From: Octopus sinensis
Taxonomy: Eukaryota
Reading direction: 5' to 3'
Length of the DNA: 64,000 nt
Assembly (NCBI RefSeq): GCF_006345805.1
Contig: NC_043005.1
Span: forward strand, 5,828,001-5,892,000
Positions 1 to 12,560 of this stretch are shown one piece after another. The notes beneath the pieces are model-generated. The model was not told the DNA's origin. It did not search any database and saw only the letters and a list, made by a program, of their open reading frames with translations. The position numbers and the translations under genes were made by a program. The stretch's first letter is position 1; every line of letters begins with the position of its first letter.

Positions 1-660
1 CATTGGTGAATCTATTTGCCCCCTCCCGCTCCGTCTTCCTCTCTTAAACCTTCTCTCACAACTTCTTCTCCAACACCTCCAACACCCTGTCTATGCACAA
101 TCACATTCACTGATGATCTAATAATTCTTTCTCATATTACAACGTTTGCGGTGGATTGGTAGGTTCGTTAGAGCATTGGACAAAACATCTTTAAGTATTT
201 GTGTTCTGGCTCTGTACATTTTGAGTTCGAATCCCGCAGAGGTCAAACTTCGCCTTTTATCTTTCCGGGGCCGATAAAGTAAGATACCAGCTAAATATAG
301 AGGTTGATTTACTCACTTATCCGCCCCAATCACATTTCTGTTCCATCGACGGTCTATTGTATCCAGTCTCTTCATTTCAACCTTTTTTTCTTCCTTTTAC
401 CCTCACGTGTCGAACAAAATAATTTCAAAGTTTAGCTACGGTTCTTTAGGTTCTGAGATCAAATAGCACCGAAGTCAACTTTGCGATTCATGCTTCCAGG
501 GTCGATAAAATTAAGCACCAGCCAAACCCTCGGGTCGGTTTGCTCGCCACTCCCTCCTTTGTTAGACGCATGTTGCTCTCAATCCTTCACCTTAGTCCCT
601 TTCTTTCAACCTTTCTCTCTCCCCTTTACTTTCACTTTATGGAGTTTTCGAACAAAATAT

Positions 661-1089
661 GGATCTTTTCGGTTTGAACGGCAGTTTTTTCTAGCGGTGT
701 CATATGAAATTGTCACCCATAATTATGACCCTAATATCGATCTATTGCATTTCAATGTTTTAGGGTTAGAGTTAGGGGTGGGGTTAGGTATGGGGGGAAG
801 GGTATCTTTTTTTCTTCAGAAATTGTAAATAAACCCAATCTGTTTCTTAAACGAGGGACATATTCATACGGCACAGAATGTTTTCACCTCAATAGACATC
901 ATTGGTTGGTTGAAATTGCAGAAACTGAAAAAAAAAAAACAACAAATATCTTACAAACTATAGAATTTTCTCAACAAAGCCAAGAGAAAAAGATGTTTTA
1001 TAAACACATTCTACCAGAATACGAAGTTTAAAAGTGTTTAGTTACGTGGAAATTACTTTTAAAAACTGCCGTTCAAACCGAAAAGATCC
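661..1089. mobile_element. Non-autonomous DNA transposon (MITE), Merlin-like
   Basis: Perfect 29-bp TIR GGATCTTTTCGGTTTGAACGGCAGTTTTT; flanks caaaatat/caaaatac (7 of 8 match, TSD-like); interrupts a SINE. Confidence 0.8.
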
Positions 1090-1464
1090 CAAAATACTTT
1101 ATGTTCTGGGCTCAAATCTCACCGAAGTCAGCTTTGCCCGTCATCCTTCTAGGGTCAATATGAAAGCAGTAAGGCCGCGTGTGTCTGCGTGAATGGAATT
1201 ACAATAGAGGACAAGACTTGTCTTTCAATCCCTCACTTGTTTATCTTTCCATCTCGCTTATACCCCCCCCTCTCTCTCTCTCTTCACACTCCGCAGCCAT
1301 TTCAACATTATCTTATGGTTTTAATCTTTACTTTCTCTTTCTCGCATCTCTCCAATTCTGTCTTTATCAGACAATACATCTCACCCCCCTCTTTTCATTC
1401 CTACTTCAGCTCTCGGATCTCTCAGCAATCATTCTCTCTTGCTCTCTCAATCTCATAATTTCTT

Positions 1465-1694
1465 ATTTCTTTACTACCCACAAGGGGCTACACACAGAGG
1501 GGACAAACAAGGACAGACAAACGGATTAAGTCGATTATATCGACTCCAGTGCGTAACTGGTACTTATTTAATCAACCCCGAAAGGATGAAAGGCAAAGTC
1601 GACCTCGGCAGAATTTGAACTCAGAACGTAACGACAGACGAAATACTGCCAAGTATTTCGCCCGGCGTGCTAACGATTCTGCCAGCTCACCGCC
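1465..1694 (-). mobile_element. tRNA-derived SINE family A, full-length copy
   Basis: B-box-like gagttcaaattc, then gaggtcgactttgcctttcatcctttcggggtcgat. Other copies at about 150-330, 4700-5065, 6137-6490, 7470-7635, 25740-25915, 41218-41640, 52487-52652 and 60300-60520. Confidence 0.85.
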
Positions 1695-1699
1695 TTTCA

Positions 1700-2500
1700 T
1701 TCTCATAATTTCTCTACCTTCATTTCCCTATTACACCTTTTTCCTTTCACACACCTTATTCTTCTTTCAAATTTGTTCGACTCTTCCTTCTTTTTCATCT
1801 TTTATCTCAGCTATTTCCCTTTCTTCTTCTTCACATACTTCCATGCCTTATTCTCGCCACCCTTCTTCCCATTCGTGATTCTCTTCAAATCTGTTTTTCA
1901 CATTTGCCCTTCTCCAATAATCTTTCACATTTCGCCTGTCCTCTCGCTTCGTATTTTTCTCACAACAGATTTCCGCCTTTCTCTATCATTCTTATTCTTT
2001 TTATATTCTTTTCTCTCACTCTCATTCTCTCATACGGTTTACATTTCTCTCTTACTCTCTCGATCTCATATTCTTACACACTATTCACTTCTCTCTCTAA
2101 CGCACACGCACAGAGTCATACTCTTTGCGTGTCTCTCTCTTTCCCTCACTCACACTCATTCCCTTTCACACACTCCATTTCTTTCACTCTTACTGCCACT
2201 TCTTTATCACTTCTCTATTTCACTTCTTTCAAAACATTCTCCTTCATTCACCTTTCTCCTCCAACCTTTCCTCTTTCATATATTTTTTCTGAACTCAATA
2301 CTTTCTTCCCTTCACCTCATTTCTTTCTTTCTTTCTTTCTTTCTTCGATTTTCTTTTTCTTTTTTGTCAATATTTCTCTCAATTACTTATTTTCCATGAG
2401 AAAAAATCAGAAGAATTTCCTATCTTTTTACTCACAATTTTCTCACGACTTTGATTTTCGCCCCTCTCTTTCTCTCTCGTCGCTCCAGTTAATATCCTTC
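1700..2500. repeat. Pyrimidine-rich low-complexity tract
   Basis: Almost only C and T on the plus strand, with (CT)n and (CA)n runs. Confidence 0.9.
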
Positions 2501-2674
2501 CCGCTTTCATTTTTAATCTTTGTCTTCTTCATGCTCATCCTTTCTCTTACAAACACAGAAAGGGCCTTACCTTACACAACAGGCTTAAAATCTTCGCTAA
2601 CCCGCGATTATTCACGAAATTATTTATTTGACAAACAGAAAAAAAAACAAAAAAAAACTAGGGAAACAGGTATC

Positions 2675-2773
2675 GGATCTTTTCACTTTGACCGGCAGAT
2701 TTTTAAAGTAATTTCTTTGTAACTAAACACTTTTAAACTTCGTGAAAAGATCCTTATCAAAGTGAAAAGATCC
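2675..2773. mobile_element. Minimal 99-bp derivative of the 661-1089 MITE family
   Basis: 16-bp TIR GGATCTTTTCACTTTG/CAAAGTGAAAAGATCC, internal sequence matching the inverted right end of the larger copy, and a 20-bp-period duplication of the right end. Confidence 0.65.
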
Positions 2774-3098
2774 TTATCATAATGACCGATATAAATGTTG
2801 GTTTGTTTATTTCTCCAGTTATGATTTTCATTGAATGGAGAGAAGTGGAGAGAGAGAGGGTAAGAGAGAGTGAAAGAGATTTAACAAAAGAATTGTAAGA
2901 TAAGTGTCCTATAACTTCCTGAAAAAGGAGTCTTTCTCATTCGCAAAATGGGCCCTCCTTAATTTTGCTCAGATTGCTTTCAATTTTGGTGAACCGATGC
3001 AACTCTGAGTTTTAGTTACGACCGACCAATTACTTTATCTCGTAAATTAAAGAATCTGATGTTATTTGGAATTAAAGTTGGGAAATTTGGGTCATTTT

Positions 3099-3146
3099 AG
3101 CCAATCAACAGACAGCGTGGCATTAGCAGCTTGTTACCATGACAAC
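3099..3146. promoter_or_regulatory. CCAAT box plus RFX X-box
   Basis: AGCCAATCA at 3099-3107 and GTTACCATGACAAC at 3133-3146, in a CpG-containing patch. Confidence 0.55.
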
Positions 3147-4650
3147 CGCACGCTGCGTTGTGGTTCACTGTTGTCTGTGCCGCTGGTGCCTATGTTGATT
3201 TTTTCACTCTTAGTATTTTTTTACATATTTTTGGGACTCATTGACTCAGATAACTGGATTTATGATTTCACTAGGTTAATTCTATTCATAAACTTTTTAA
3301 TTAGGAGTATTTCTTAAACCCTTAGCTTCACATTTCAGCAGCTTAACTGAAATTTAGCACATGTAACAGGAACTGAGAGGGATATCGTGGAACAGAGAAA
3401 CTGTGGGTGATACAGATAATTTGACATTCTTTTACTTGAGACAAATTCTTTGTTGACCAGTGTTATTCTTATCGTAGTTTACAAAGCCAAACATGAAAAC
3501 GTTACTCAACTTTGGAGTTTTGGAGACACACACACACATGCACTTATATATTAAAGATGTACAGAAATACATGTCAGGTATACATAATACTGAAGTACGC
3601 ATAAAGTAAACACATGCTGACTAATATATTAATATAACAATTTTTTAAAATTATAAAGGGTATTTCTGTTTATTTAGAAACCTACAATGAACAGGTTAGA
3701 CACTAAACTATAAATTTCACAGGGTACAACCTTAAAAGTTGACGCCGCTAGACGCAGAAAATTGCTGTTTCGCTATTGGCTAAAAATACCCAGTTTTTTC
3801 GATTTTTAAACCTCTAACTTTTTTCACTATTTTTTTTCTCCACAACATCATACCTTCAAAGCAATGAGATGGAAGGCTATATTATTATAGCCGATTTTCA
3901 GATTTTTTACTTCCTTTTAAAAAATGCATATTTTGCAAATGAAAAATCAACTAGATCCCTGAAAAATACACAAATTTTAATAAAATTGTACGGAGATAGG
4001 TCTTTAATGGAGTAGATTGCTATTATGCTAATAAGATTAAGAAAAATAACATAATTATAGCAAATAAACAAATGAGAATTTTATTTAATTTTAAGGTAAT
4101 AAATAATTTTCTTTTGAAAATTAGTATTACTCTTATAACCAAGAAATTCTATAAAAGTTCAATTATAATTATTGTTTGCCATATTTCCTGATATCAACCG
4201 TTGTGACAAACGAATACTTCCAAAGATGCCCATTACAGGGCCGCTCCCAGGAATTTTTCGAAGAGAGGGCATAAGGTCAGAAACGAATACAATTCCGGGA
4301 AAAAAGGGCATAATAACATTATTTAGAAGGGCGCACTTCTTTTCTTGAGGGGACACGTGCCCCTCATCCTCCACCCCTGCATTATATGATGGCTAACATT
4401 GCTTACTGCTTATGAGAGCCCATCGAAGGTGATGACAGCGTCGACCCATGACATTCATCATCCCGTACACTGTTTTTCTTGAGAGCGGACGTGGTTGACA
4501 GGACCAATTCGAGATAGGCAGATCCTGTGGCACTGGGGTCACTTTCAGTGACCCCGAACAACAGCCACAGGAATTGATGGCGATGTCTCCGCCTCTCTGA
4601 GGCTTGCTTCCAGTCTCGATCTCACTGAAGAAGACCATTTTTGGGAATAG

Positions 4651-4663
4651 GTTACCTGGCAAC
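4651..4663. promoter_or_regulatory. RFX X-box-like site
   Basis: GTTACC-T-GGCAAC fits GTNRCC(N0-3)RGYAAC. Confidence 0.45.
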
Positions 4664-6136
4664 CGAATCAGCAGTTTCGGGGAAGTTAGTAAGTTGCTTA
4701 CATCGACTCCAGTGTTCAACCGGCACTTATTTTATTGACCTTCGAAAGGATGAAAAACAAAGTCGACCTTGGTGGAATTTGAACTCAGAACGTAATTTGG
4801 CGGAAGCAATGCCGCTAGGCATTTTGTCCGGCGCGGTAACGATTCTGCTTGTTTGCCACTCTAACAGTTATAATAATAATCCTTTCTACTGAAACTTGGG
4901 GGAAGGGGACTGGTCGATTACATCGATCCTAGTGTTTCACTGGTACTTAATTTATCGACCCTGAAAGGATGAAAGGCAAAGTCAACCTCGGCGGAATTTG
5001 AACTCGGAACGTAACGCCAGACGAAATACCGCTAAATATTTCGCCCGGCGTGCTAACGATTCTGCTTTACTGGTGCTTTATTTTACCAACTCCAAGAGGA
5101 TGAGAGGCAACACATTTCCATTGACTTCATTTATCTTCAAACTTAAAATATTCAAATTATTATTAATGAGGTCGATTTGCTTTTACTTTATCTTCCAAAC
5201 TTAATTAATCAGGCTTAATTGTTAATGACATTTCACTTATATTCAGCATTCTATTATATCGATTTACCTTCATTAATTTCCAGGTTTTCACCCATGTTTA
5301 ATTGAAGTTTCCTATATTTTAACTGATAACAAAGGGTTTCTAGCATTGGTACAAAGCTACGTAGTTTCAGGGACACAATTTAGACCCCACTTTTGGATTC
5401 GTGTGTTTTATCTTTTACTTGTTTCAGTCATTAGACCGTGACCATGCTGGAGTACCGCCTTGAATTTTTAGTCGAATGAATCAACCCCAGTACTTACTTT
5501 TTAAGCCTGCCTCTTATTCTATCGGTCTCTTTTGCAGAACCGCTAAGTTACGGGGACGTAAACACACCAGCACCGGTTGTCAAGTGGTGATGGGGGTAAC
5601 AGACACACATAGATATATATACATATATATGAGCTTCTTTCAGTTTCCGCCTACCAAATCCACTCACAAGGCTTTGGCCGGACAGAAGCTGTAGCAGAAG
5701 ACATTTGCCCAAGGTGCCACGTAGTGGGACTGAACCTGCAACCACGTGGTTAGGAAGCAAGCTTCTTACCACGCAGCCACTCCTGCGCCTATTTATTATT
5801 AAAATTTGTTTTTGTTTCTAATTTAGTTACAAGGCTAGCACTTCTTAAAAAGAAAGGTTAGTCTATTCTACTAGCAACAGCACTTGGCTGGTGCTTTATT
5901 TTATCAACCCCGAAGAAAAAAAATGAAACATAAAGTTGACCTTAGTAAGATTTGAACGAAAAAAGCCAAAATGGATACTGCGAAGGGTTTCCCCAACACT
6001 AACGATTCTGCCAGCTCGCAACCTTTTAATTTGGTAACATTGATTTTTACACTTAGTACGTATGCACTAGCGTAGCTGGGGGGGGGGGGGGCAGCATTTT
6101 TAAAGTGGCACCACTTTATGTGTTTTTTGTGTTAAG

Positions 6137-6490
6137 GCGGCGAGCTGGCAGAAACGTTAGCACGCCAGGTGAAACATTTAGTGGTATTTCGTCTACGGCT
6201 ACGTTCTGAGTTCAAATTCCGTCAAGGTCGACTTTGCCTTTCATCCTTTTGGGGTCGATTAAAAAAGTACTAGTTACGCACTGGGGTCGATATAATCGAC
6301 TTGATCCGTTTGTCTGTCCTTGTTTGTCCTCTCTGTGTTTAGCCCCTTGTGGGTAGTAAAGGAATAGGTATTTCGTCTGTCGTTACGTTCTGAGTTCAAA
6401 TTCCGCCGAGGTTGACTTTGCCTTTCATCCTTTCGGGGTCGATAAATTAAGTACCAGCTGCATACTGGGGGCGATCTAATCGACTAGCTC
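6137..6490 (+). mobile_element. Two tandem SINE family A copies
   Basis: Two consecutive ttctgagttcaaattccg...ggggtcgat units with CpGs intact. Confidence 0.85.
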
Positions 6491-9400
6491 CTCTCTCAAA
6501 ATTTCGGGCCTTGTGCCTAGAGTTGAAAAGAATGTGTTTTTTGTGGGGTCAGGGCACCTTGAGCAAGTGTCTTCTACTATAGCCTCGGGCCGATCAAAGC
6601 CTTGTGAGTGGATTTGGTAGACGGAAACTGAAAGAAGCCCATCGTGTATATATATATATATATATATACATATGTTTGTCCCCCCAACATCACTTGACAA
6701 CCGATGCTGGTGTATTTACGTCTCCGTCACCTAGCGGTTCGGCAAGAGAAAAAGTACTAGGCTTACAAAGAATAAGTCCTGGGGTCGATTTGCTCGGCTA
6801 AAGGCGGTGTTCCAGCATGGCCGCAGTCAAATGACTGAAACAAAATAACAAAATAAAAAAAAAAGACTGGTATCTCGTTCAGAGAGAATGTTGTGATTTT
6901 GGTCACTTATGCACCATGGAAACCGAGTAACCGACCCTGGGAGTCCAAGAACTTGAGACAGTAATAGCGAAGGGACTTACATATCAGTTCCATTTCTTTT
7001 GTTTGTTTGTTTGTTTCAGATATGAAATGTATTCCAAGAAATTTCATCAAAGTTAAATTATAATTATTGTATGTCTGCTATATTTCCTTATATTATCCAT
7101 AGTGGCAAAAGCACACTTCCAAAGTATTACCCATCACATGAGGGGTAAAACTCCATAGTATATTTTATTGTGTCTGGGAAGAGTCATTCTCTTTTAGTGT
7201 CTTGTTAATTTAACACACTCACCGGTCTGATTTCCACTCAGTTACTTATTTATTTTTACTAAAATTTTCGTTGCGTCTTGCAACCTTGTCAATTGCTGTT
7301 GACTGTCCGTTGTCGGAACTGCCTTCTTTTTTCGTTTTTTTTTTCTACAAGAACGAAACTCTATAGTATGTTATATAGTTAGCAAAAGATTATTGTTTTC
7401 CTACCTTATTTCTTATAAATAATCCTTTCTACTATAGGCACAAAGTCTGAAATTAGGGGTAGGTGGATAGTCGATTACATCGACCCCAGTACTCAACTGG
7501 TACTTAATTTATTGACCCCGAGAGAATGAAAGGCAAAGTCGACCTCGACGGAATTTGAAATCAGAACGTGCAGTCAGAGAAATGCCGCTAAGCATTTTGC
7601 CCAGCATGCTAACGATTCTGCCAGCTCACCGCCTTATCTTAATATATAAAACAGAGTTTGTGTGTGTTCCTTATGGATTCGAAAACTGAGTTGCCGATTT
7701 TGACGTATGAGGTATCAAAAGTTTCAGTAATCTTTCGGCTACCAAATGAAGTATGTTTTTTGCACAACTCCTTTTAACTACAAAAATTACTTCGAAAACG
7801 AGGTCGGGTCGCACAATTTTGAGGTCTTTAGCTAAGGGAGGCAACTCTGCCTCCACAACCTAACTCTTAGATAGAGCATAATGAGAAAATGTTTAAAATA
7901 CATGGAGTTTTGTCAGGGAATGAAACTTCGAAGATATACCATCAATTTTATTAGTATTATTTAGTAGATAATCTTTTAATGTGGAGCATGTTTGTCTGCG
8001 TTTTGTCTATCCCAGAGTTGCCTCTGATGTAGCAGACTCATCGCATAGTTATTTTTTTTCTTCCTGAAATACTGCAAATCTGTGTCTTTCTTTTGATGAA
8101 AGGGTGTGTTTTAAGACAGATTTGGCTGCTATTTGTAGTGGATCAAGTTACCACAGACACACCTCAGTATGTGCTTTGTTGTGGTGAAAAAAATATTTTT
8201 TCTCAGAATATTTTGCACAATAATTTTAAAAGAAATCTGGACATCGTTCTTACTGCTAAGCATTCAACTTCAAATTACAATTGTTAATTGTTGGAAGTGA
8301 AGTAGACTGAGATGTACAAATAGTGTTATCGTATGGAGTGGAAGTTCAATACGAAGCTTTGAACTCATTATCTTGTGGTTAGTAATCCATTACCTTAGAT
8401 TTGAAGCCATTAAGTCCTTAAACATTATTTTACTGGGTTTAGTCATTCGATCTCAATCTGGCATTTATTTTATAGATCTCTGCTTGATGAACTGCTGACT
8501 TTGAGACATAGTGGGACACAATATTCGATTTAACACACACACACATTAGGTGCAAGAATGACTGTGTGGTCGAGAAGTTTGCTTCCCAACCACATGGTTC
8601 CATGTTCAGTCCCTTTGCATAGTACCTTGGGCAAATGTTTTCTACTATAGCCCTAGGTCAACCACAGCCTTGTGACTGAATTTAGCAGACGGAAACTGCA
8701 GCATTGTTCATCAGAAAAATGACCGAAAATCATGTTTGTAAAGAAGAGTTGTTTGCTTCATACTTCTTGTGTACAGATTCTGTCCATAAGAAAGGAACAA
8801 ATAATACAACGTAGGTCATAATACTCTGGCAACGCCGAGATGCATTGCTAGTATTTTATAAATAATGAAACTGTACCCCCCAGTGTGCTCTTTCTGCTTG
8901 AAGTTCAGAGCTATCTAATTGGATGCACATTGCATGCAAGGAAAATTCTTTGTAGGAACTCTTATTCCTAGGTTGTCTTGGTTTGAACCTAAGAAACTAT
9001 TGTAAGCTTATCTATTGATCTCCTTTAGATCTTAAATCAGGTATTTTCTATCTGAGTGTAAGACGTTGTTGTTGAGCTCGAAGTGACCACAGCTGGAACA
9101 TTTCTGCTCTTAAATCAGCCCTGATCGAGCAAACCCAAGGTAAGAGATGTTGCAACTGTATAAATCCGTCTCAATTTTAAGACTTTATGTTTCATTATTA
9201 AATGTGTCCTAAATTTTTGTAGACAGTAAAATACAGGTTGAGGGAATATGGTTGCTAATTGTAGCAAGTAGAGAGACAGTGGATGCCTTTCCGTTGTAGA
9301 TGTAAGGTGGTCAACAATCCCAATAAAACAAGGGCGAAGGTAAAGAATACATACACCCGGTGTTTAGGGTTAGAGTTAGGATTAAGGTTAGGGTTACGCC

Positions 9401-9985
9401 GAAAACGGGTGGTGTGCGTATTTCTTACCTCCGCAGGCTATCACAATAACAAAAAGTAACGTCCATGTGATTCCATCACTCTAATAAGAAGATACTCCTC
9501 GGAATTCCAACAAGTGTTTACTTCTATCTTACTGTTTATATCCTTGTTTTGGTGAAGATAAAGAATACACACACCAGGTGTTTAGGGGTTAGGGTAACAC
9601 CGAAAACGGGTGGTGTGCGTATTCTTTACGTCCGTCCCAAAATGTTTAGCAGCGTTTCCTTCGTCTTTATGTTCTGAATTCAAATTACGTTGAAGTCGAC
9701 TTTCTACAAAATAAGTATCAGTTGAAAACTGGAGTCGATGTAAATTCGAATACACTGCTCCCTTAAAATTTTAGGCTGTACACCTATCGTGGAAAGATTA
9801 GTATTATTATTATTATGGCAGAGGTTTGGAATAGCTATTAGTATCTCACGGGGAAGTAACTGGACACGAAATTGAGTGGCAAAATGTAAAAACTGAAATT
9901 CTAGGGGGAAAAATACGGTAAACTTTTACAATTACACTTGTCTCAGGAGAAGGGGATAATCGCTGATCGGCGGACTTTCAGAATC

Positions 9986-10376
9986 TTTTTTTATTACCTT
10001 CACAGTGTTTACCATTTTACAAAATTAAATTAGAAAATTGGACAAAACAGAGAACAAAATTGAAGAAATTAGTAAGAAAAAGAAAAAAAAATCTAAAACA
10101 ATTGACCACCTTGGGTTGAAAAATTGGGGGTGCTGGGAAACCTGTCTAATAGCTATTGAGACACGCCAGCACGCTTGCAGCGTTTCCGTGAGTGATGGCG
10201 AGGTTGATGCGCTGGAATAGCCAAGCGCCCTCACCAGTTACCTCTGCAAGGCGAGTTGCCAGGGAAGACAGGAATCTCGCAGTTAGTGGTCTGACCCCAC
10301 CAAAAGTCTTGAACGCCATAGGATGGAAAATGTAGTTGGCCGACAGATAGCGGTATTTCTGGATTTTGTTCCGCTC
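9986..10376 (-). mobile_element. 3' fragment of a CRE-clade non-LTR retrotransposon (restriction-like endonuclease C-terminus)
   Basis: ORF 10376-10146 ERNKIQKYRYLSANYIFHPMAFKTFGG...RLAEVTG..LFQRINLAITHGNAASVLACL* matches the CRE-type pattern K..KY..L....F.P.A.ET.G ... QR.S.A..RGNAA.VL; U-rich 3' UTR ending in AATAAAAAAA. Confidence 0.75.
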
Positions 10377-11639
10377 GTAGAGGAGTAGAATTCCACCGAG
10401 AAATCAATCTCAGTTATAAATCAAAATTAAATTTGATCGGTGTGTTCTTAATTATGTATCTAACTTAGACTGCATCCGCCATTGCAGAAGAAAACAAATT
10501 ACTTTTTAGAAGTTGAAAGTAAATTTTGAACATAAACTTATCAGAGTTTACAAATTGGTGACGCGAAAATTGAAACAGAATTGCGAAAATAAGAAAGTCA
10601 ATTTGTTGAGAACGAATCGTCGAAAGTCTGGCTCTACACCGTCAGTAACTAAGATGCACATTAAACGGTGCATTCTTAATTATGTACAGCTGTAAAATTT
10701 TATCCACCTTTGACGCAGACAGTCCCATTTCGTTACTTCGAAAAACATTTCGTAAATTTAATTCGTCTATGTAATTTTTATATACCTATATATACCTATA
10801 TTCATTGTCCACTTATTTATTTCAAATATATCCAATTTTTTAAACTTAAAATTCATCTCTCAATCTTGACTTAACAATTTTTCTTCGATGTTTTGAAAAA
10901 AAGAAACATAAAAATGACAATATTTCAGTGATTTGGTAAACAAAACAATTCTAACGTTCACTTAAAAAGAAATCTGAAAGAATATTTCTAAATATTTCTA
11001 AATCATTTATACCACAGCTATTGACCTTGCGAACCCGTCTGTTCAGTAACTTCTAAATTAAAAACGAAATAACCAAAGTAGTTCAGATCTTCGAATCGTC
11101 AACGGTTGTTAGCCACGCTATGATCTAAAAGTTTCCAGACTTCCACTAATATTCAAACTATTTAGATCATCAATTCTATTCGCAATTAAAAACAATAACA
11201 ACTAAAAATACAAATCACACAACAGAAGAACTAAATGTAAGTTTATTATTATTTGCGAATTTTCTGTAAACATAAAAGTAAAGCTTATTGCTTGCGTTCG
11301 TGACTAACAACTGATACTAATCAGATTCATTATTTGTTAAGGCCGAGTCATCCTTGACCGAACGGACTTATTTATAGTCAAAGTAATTCAGCCTTGACCA
11401 CCACTTCTTGAATTTTGGCACAGCTTGTTCATAGTCCTTTTTAATGGATTATAAGATTATAAGATTGGAAGATTTGATTATTATTTCTAGTAGATCGAAC
11501 GCAAACAGTCGATTGCTTTAGGGACTCGTTTTCATCGATTGTCAAGTTCGAAAGGGATTTACACACAGTTGTTTGTGTGTGTGTGTGTACATGTATACAC
11601 ACACACACACACACGTATGTAAACATAGATTGGATGGTC

Positions 11640-12560
11640 AGTGTCCAGCACAATATCTCCACATTTGTTACTGCCCTTCGTTAACTCCATGAGATTTCAC
11701 CTCTTGAGATCCACCTTCTCGCCTAGGAACCATTATATCCTTCTCTCTTGCTCACCATTTCTGGTTCCTTTACACTCACTTTTCCTCGCAGGCCTTTCAT
11801 GCTCCGTCATTCATGTACACTAACATTACACATCCAGTAGAACGGGCTTGCTTCATTTCTTTACAACTCATACACATATCCTCTACGTCCAATCTTCCTT
11901 GTTTTCACTGCAATACAAACTTGTATATCATATGCAAAAGTTATACACCCTGTCCTTCTTATGAAGAGAGGATTTTCATGTTGAAAACAACTCCCTGAAC
12001 CTTTTCAGAACCATTCCTACTTTGGCCACCCATCTCTATTGCCTATATAACTGAAGCTATCAATTACTTTTAGGGAGCCTTCTAAGAATTTGAAAGAATT
12101 TATTTATTTATGTACTCCAATGCTTCTCTTATGGACCAAGTCCTTTTTCTCTGTTGGCCTGCCTGTGATCCCCACCGCATCACTTGTGTATATCCATAGT
12201 TTACAATGGATTCATCTTACCCACTCCTTTTCAATATATTGAGCATGACCACTTCCTGGATGGTATATCTTTGCCAGATTTATCACCAACTGCTTGGTTT
12301 ACATGTCAGGGTGGTTGGTTTCCTGAAGTTGGTGTGGCATATGGTTAATTCATTTACATCATAGAATTCCAAAAACATTGATCCCTCTTCATTCCTTCCA
12401 CTTGTTTTGTAGCCCCTATGAACTTCAGGGTGTCCATCATGGTGATTCTCAACATATCCATTAAACCCACCAGCTGTGATAACAAGGTCACTGTCATTCA
12501 TTATCAAGGTTGTCTGTCAGAGGACCTCATAAAAACTGCATTTTCTCATCTGTCAGTCCT
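11640..12560 (-). mobile_element. Degraded RTE-like LINE fragment (AP endonuclease region)
   Basis: GGFNGYV...GRNEEG..FLEF....LTICHTNFRKP resembles the RTE APE motifs; several stops and frameshifts. Confidence 0.7.

Noticed and set aside
755-795. TTAGGG-like tract suggesting an interstitial telomere
   Set aside because: Short, degenerate and internal to a MITE.
1773-2722. 208-aa and 272-aa Phe/Ser/Leu-rich ORFs resembling membrane proteins
   Set aside because: Products of a pyrimidine tract that cannot encode stop codons.
4429-4600. Resemblance to U3 snoRNA or RNase MRP
   Set aside because: Lacks the U3 A/A' boxes and an exact C box, and lacks intact MRP CR-I/CR-V motifs; kept only as an unexplained structured island.
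10242-10319. Apparent first exon encoding a mitochondrial presequence (MAFKTFGGVRPLTARFLSSLATRLAE|gt)
   Set aside because: The flanking in-frame sequence carries CRE retrotransposon C-terminal motifs and a poly(A)-like tail, and I found no compatible phase-0 second exon.
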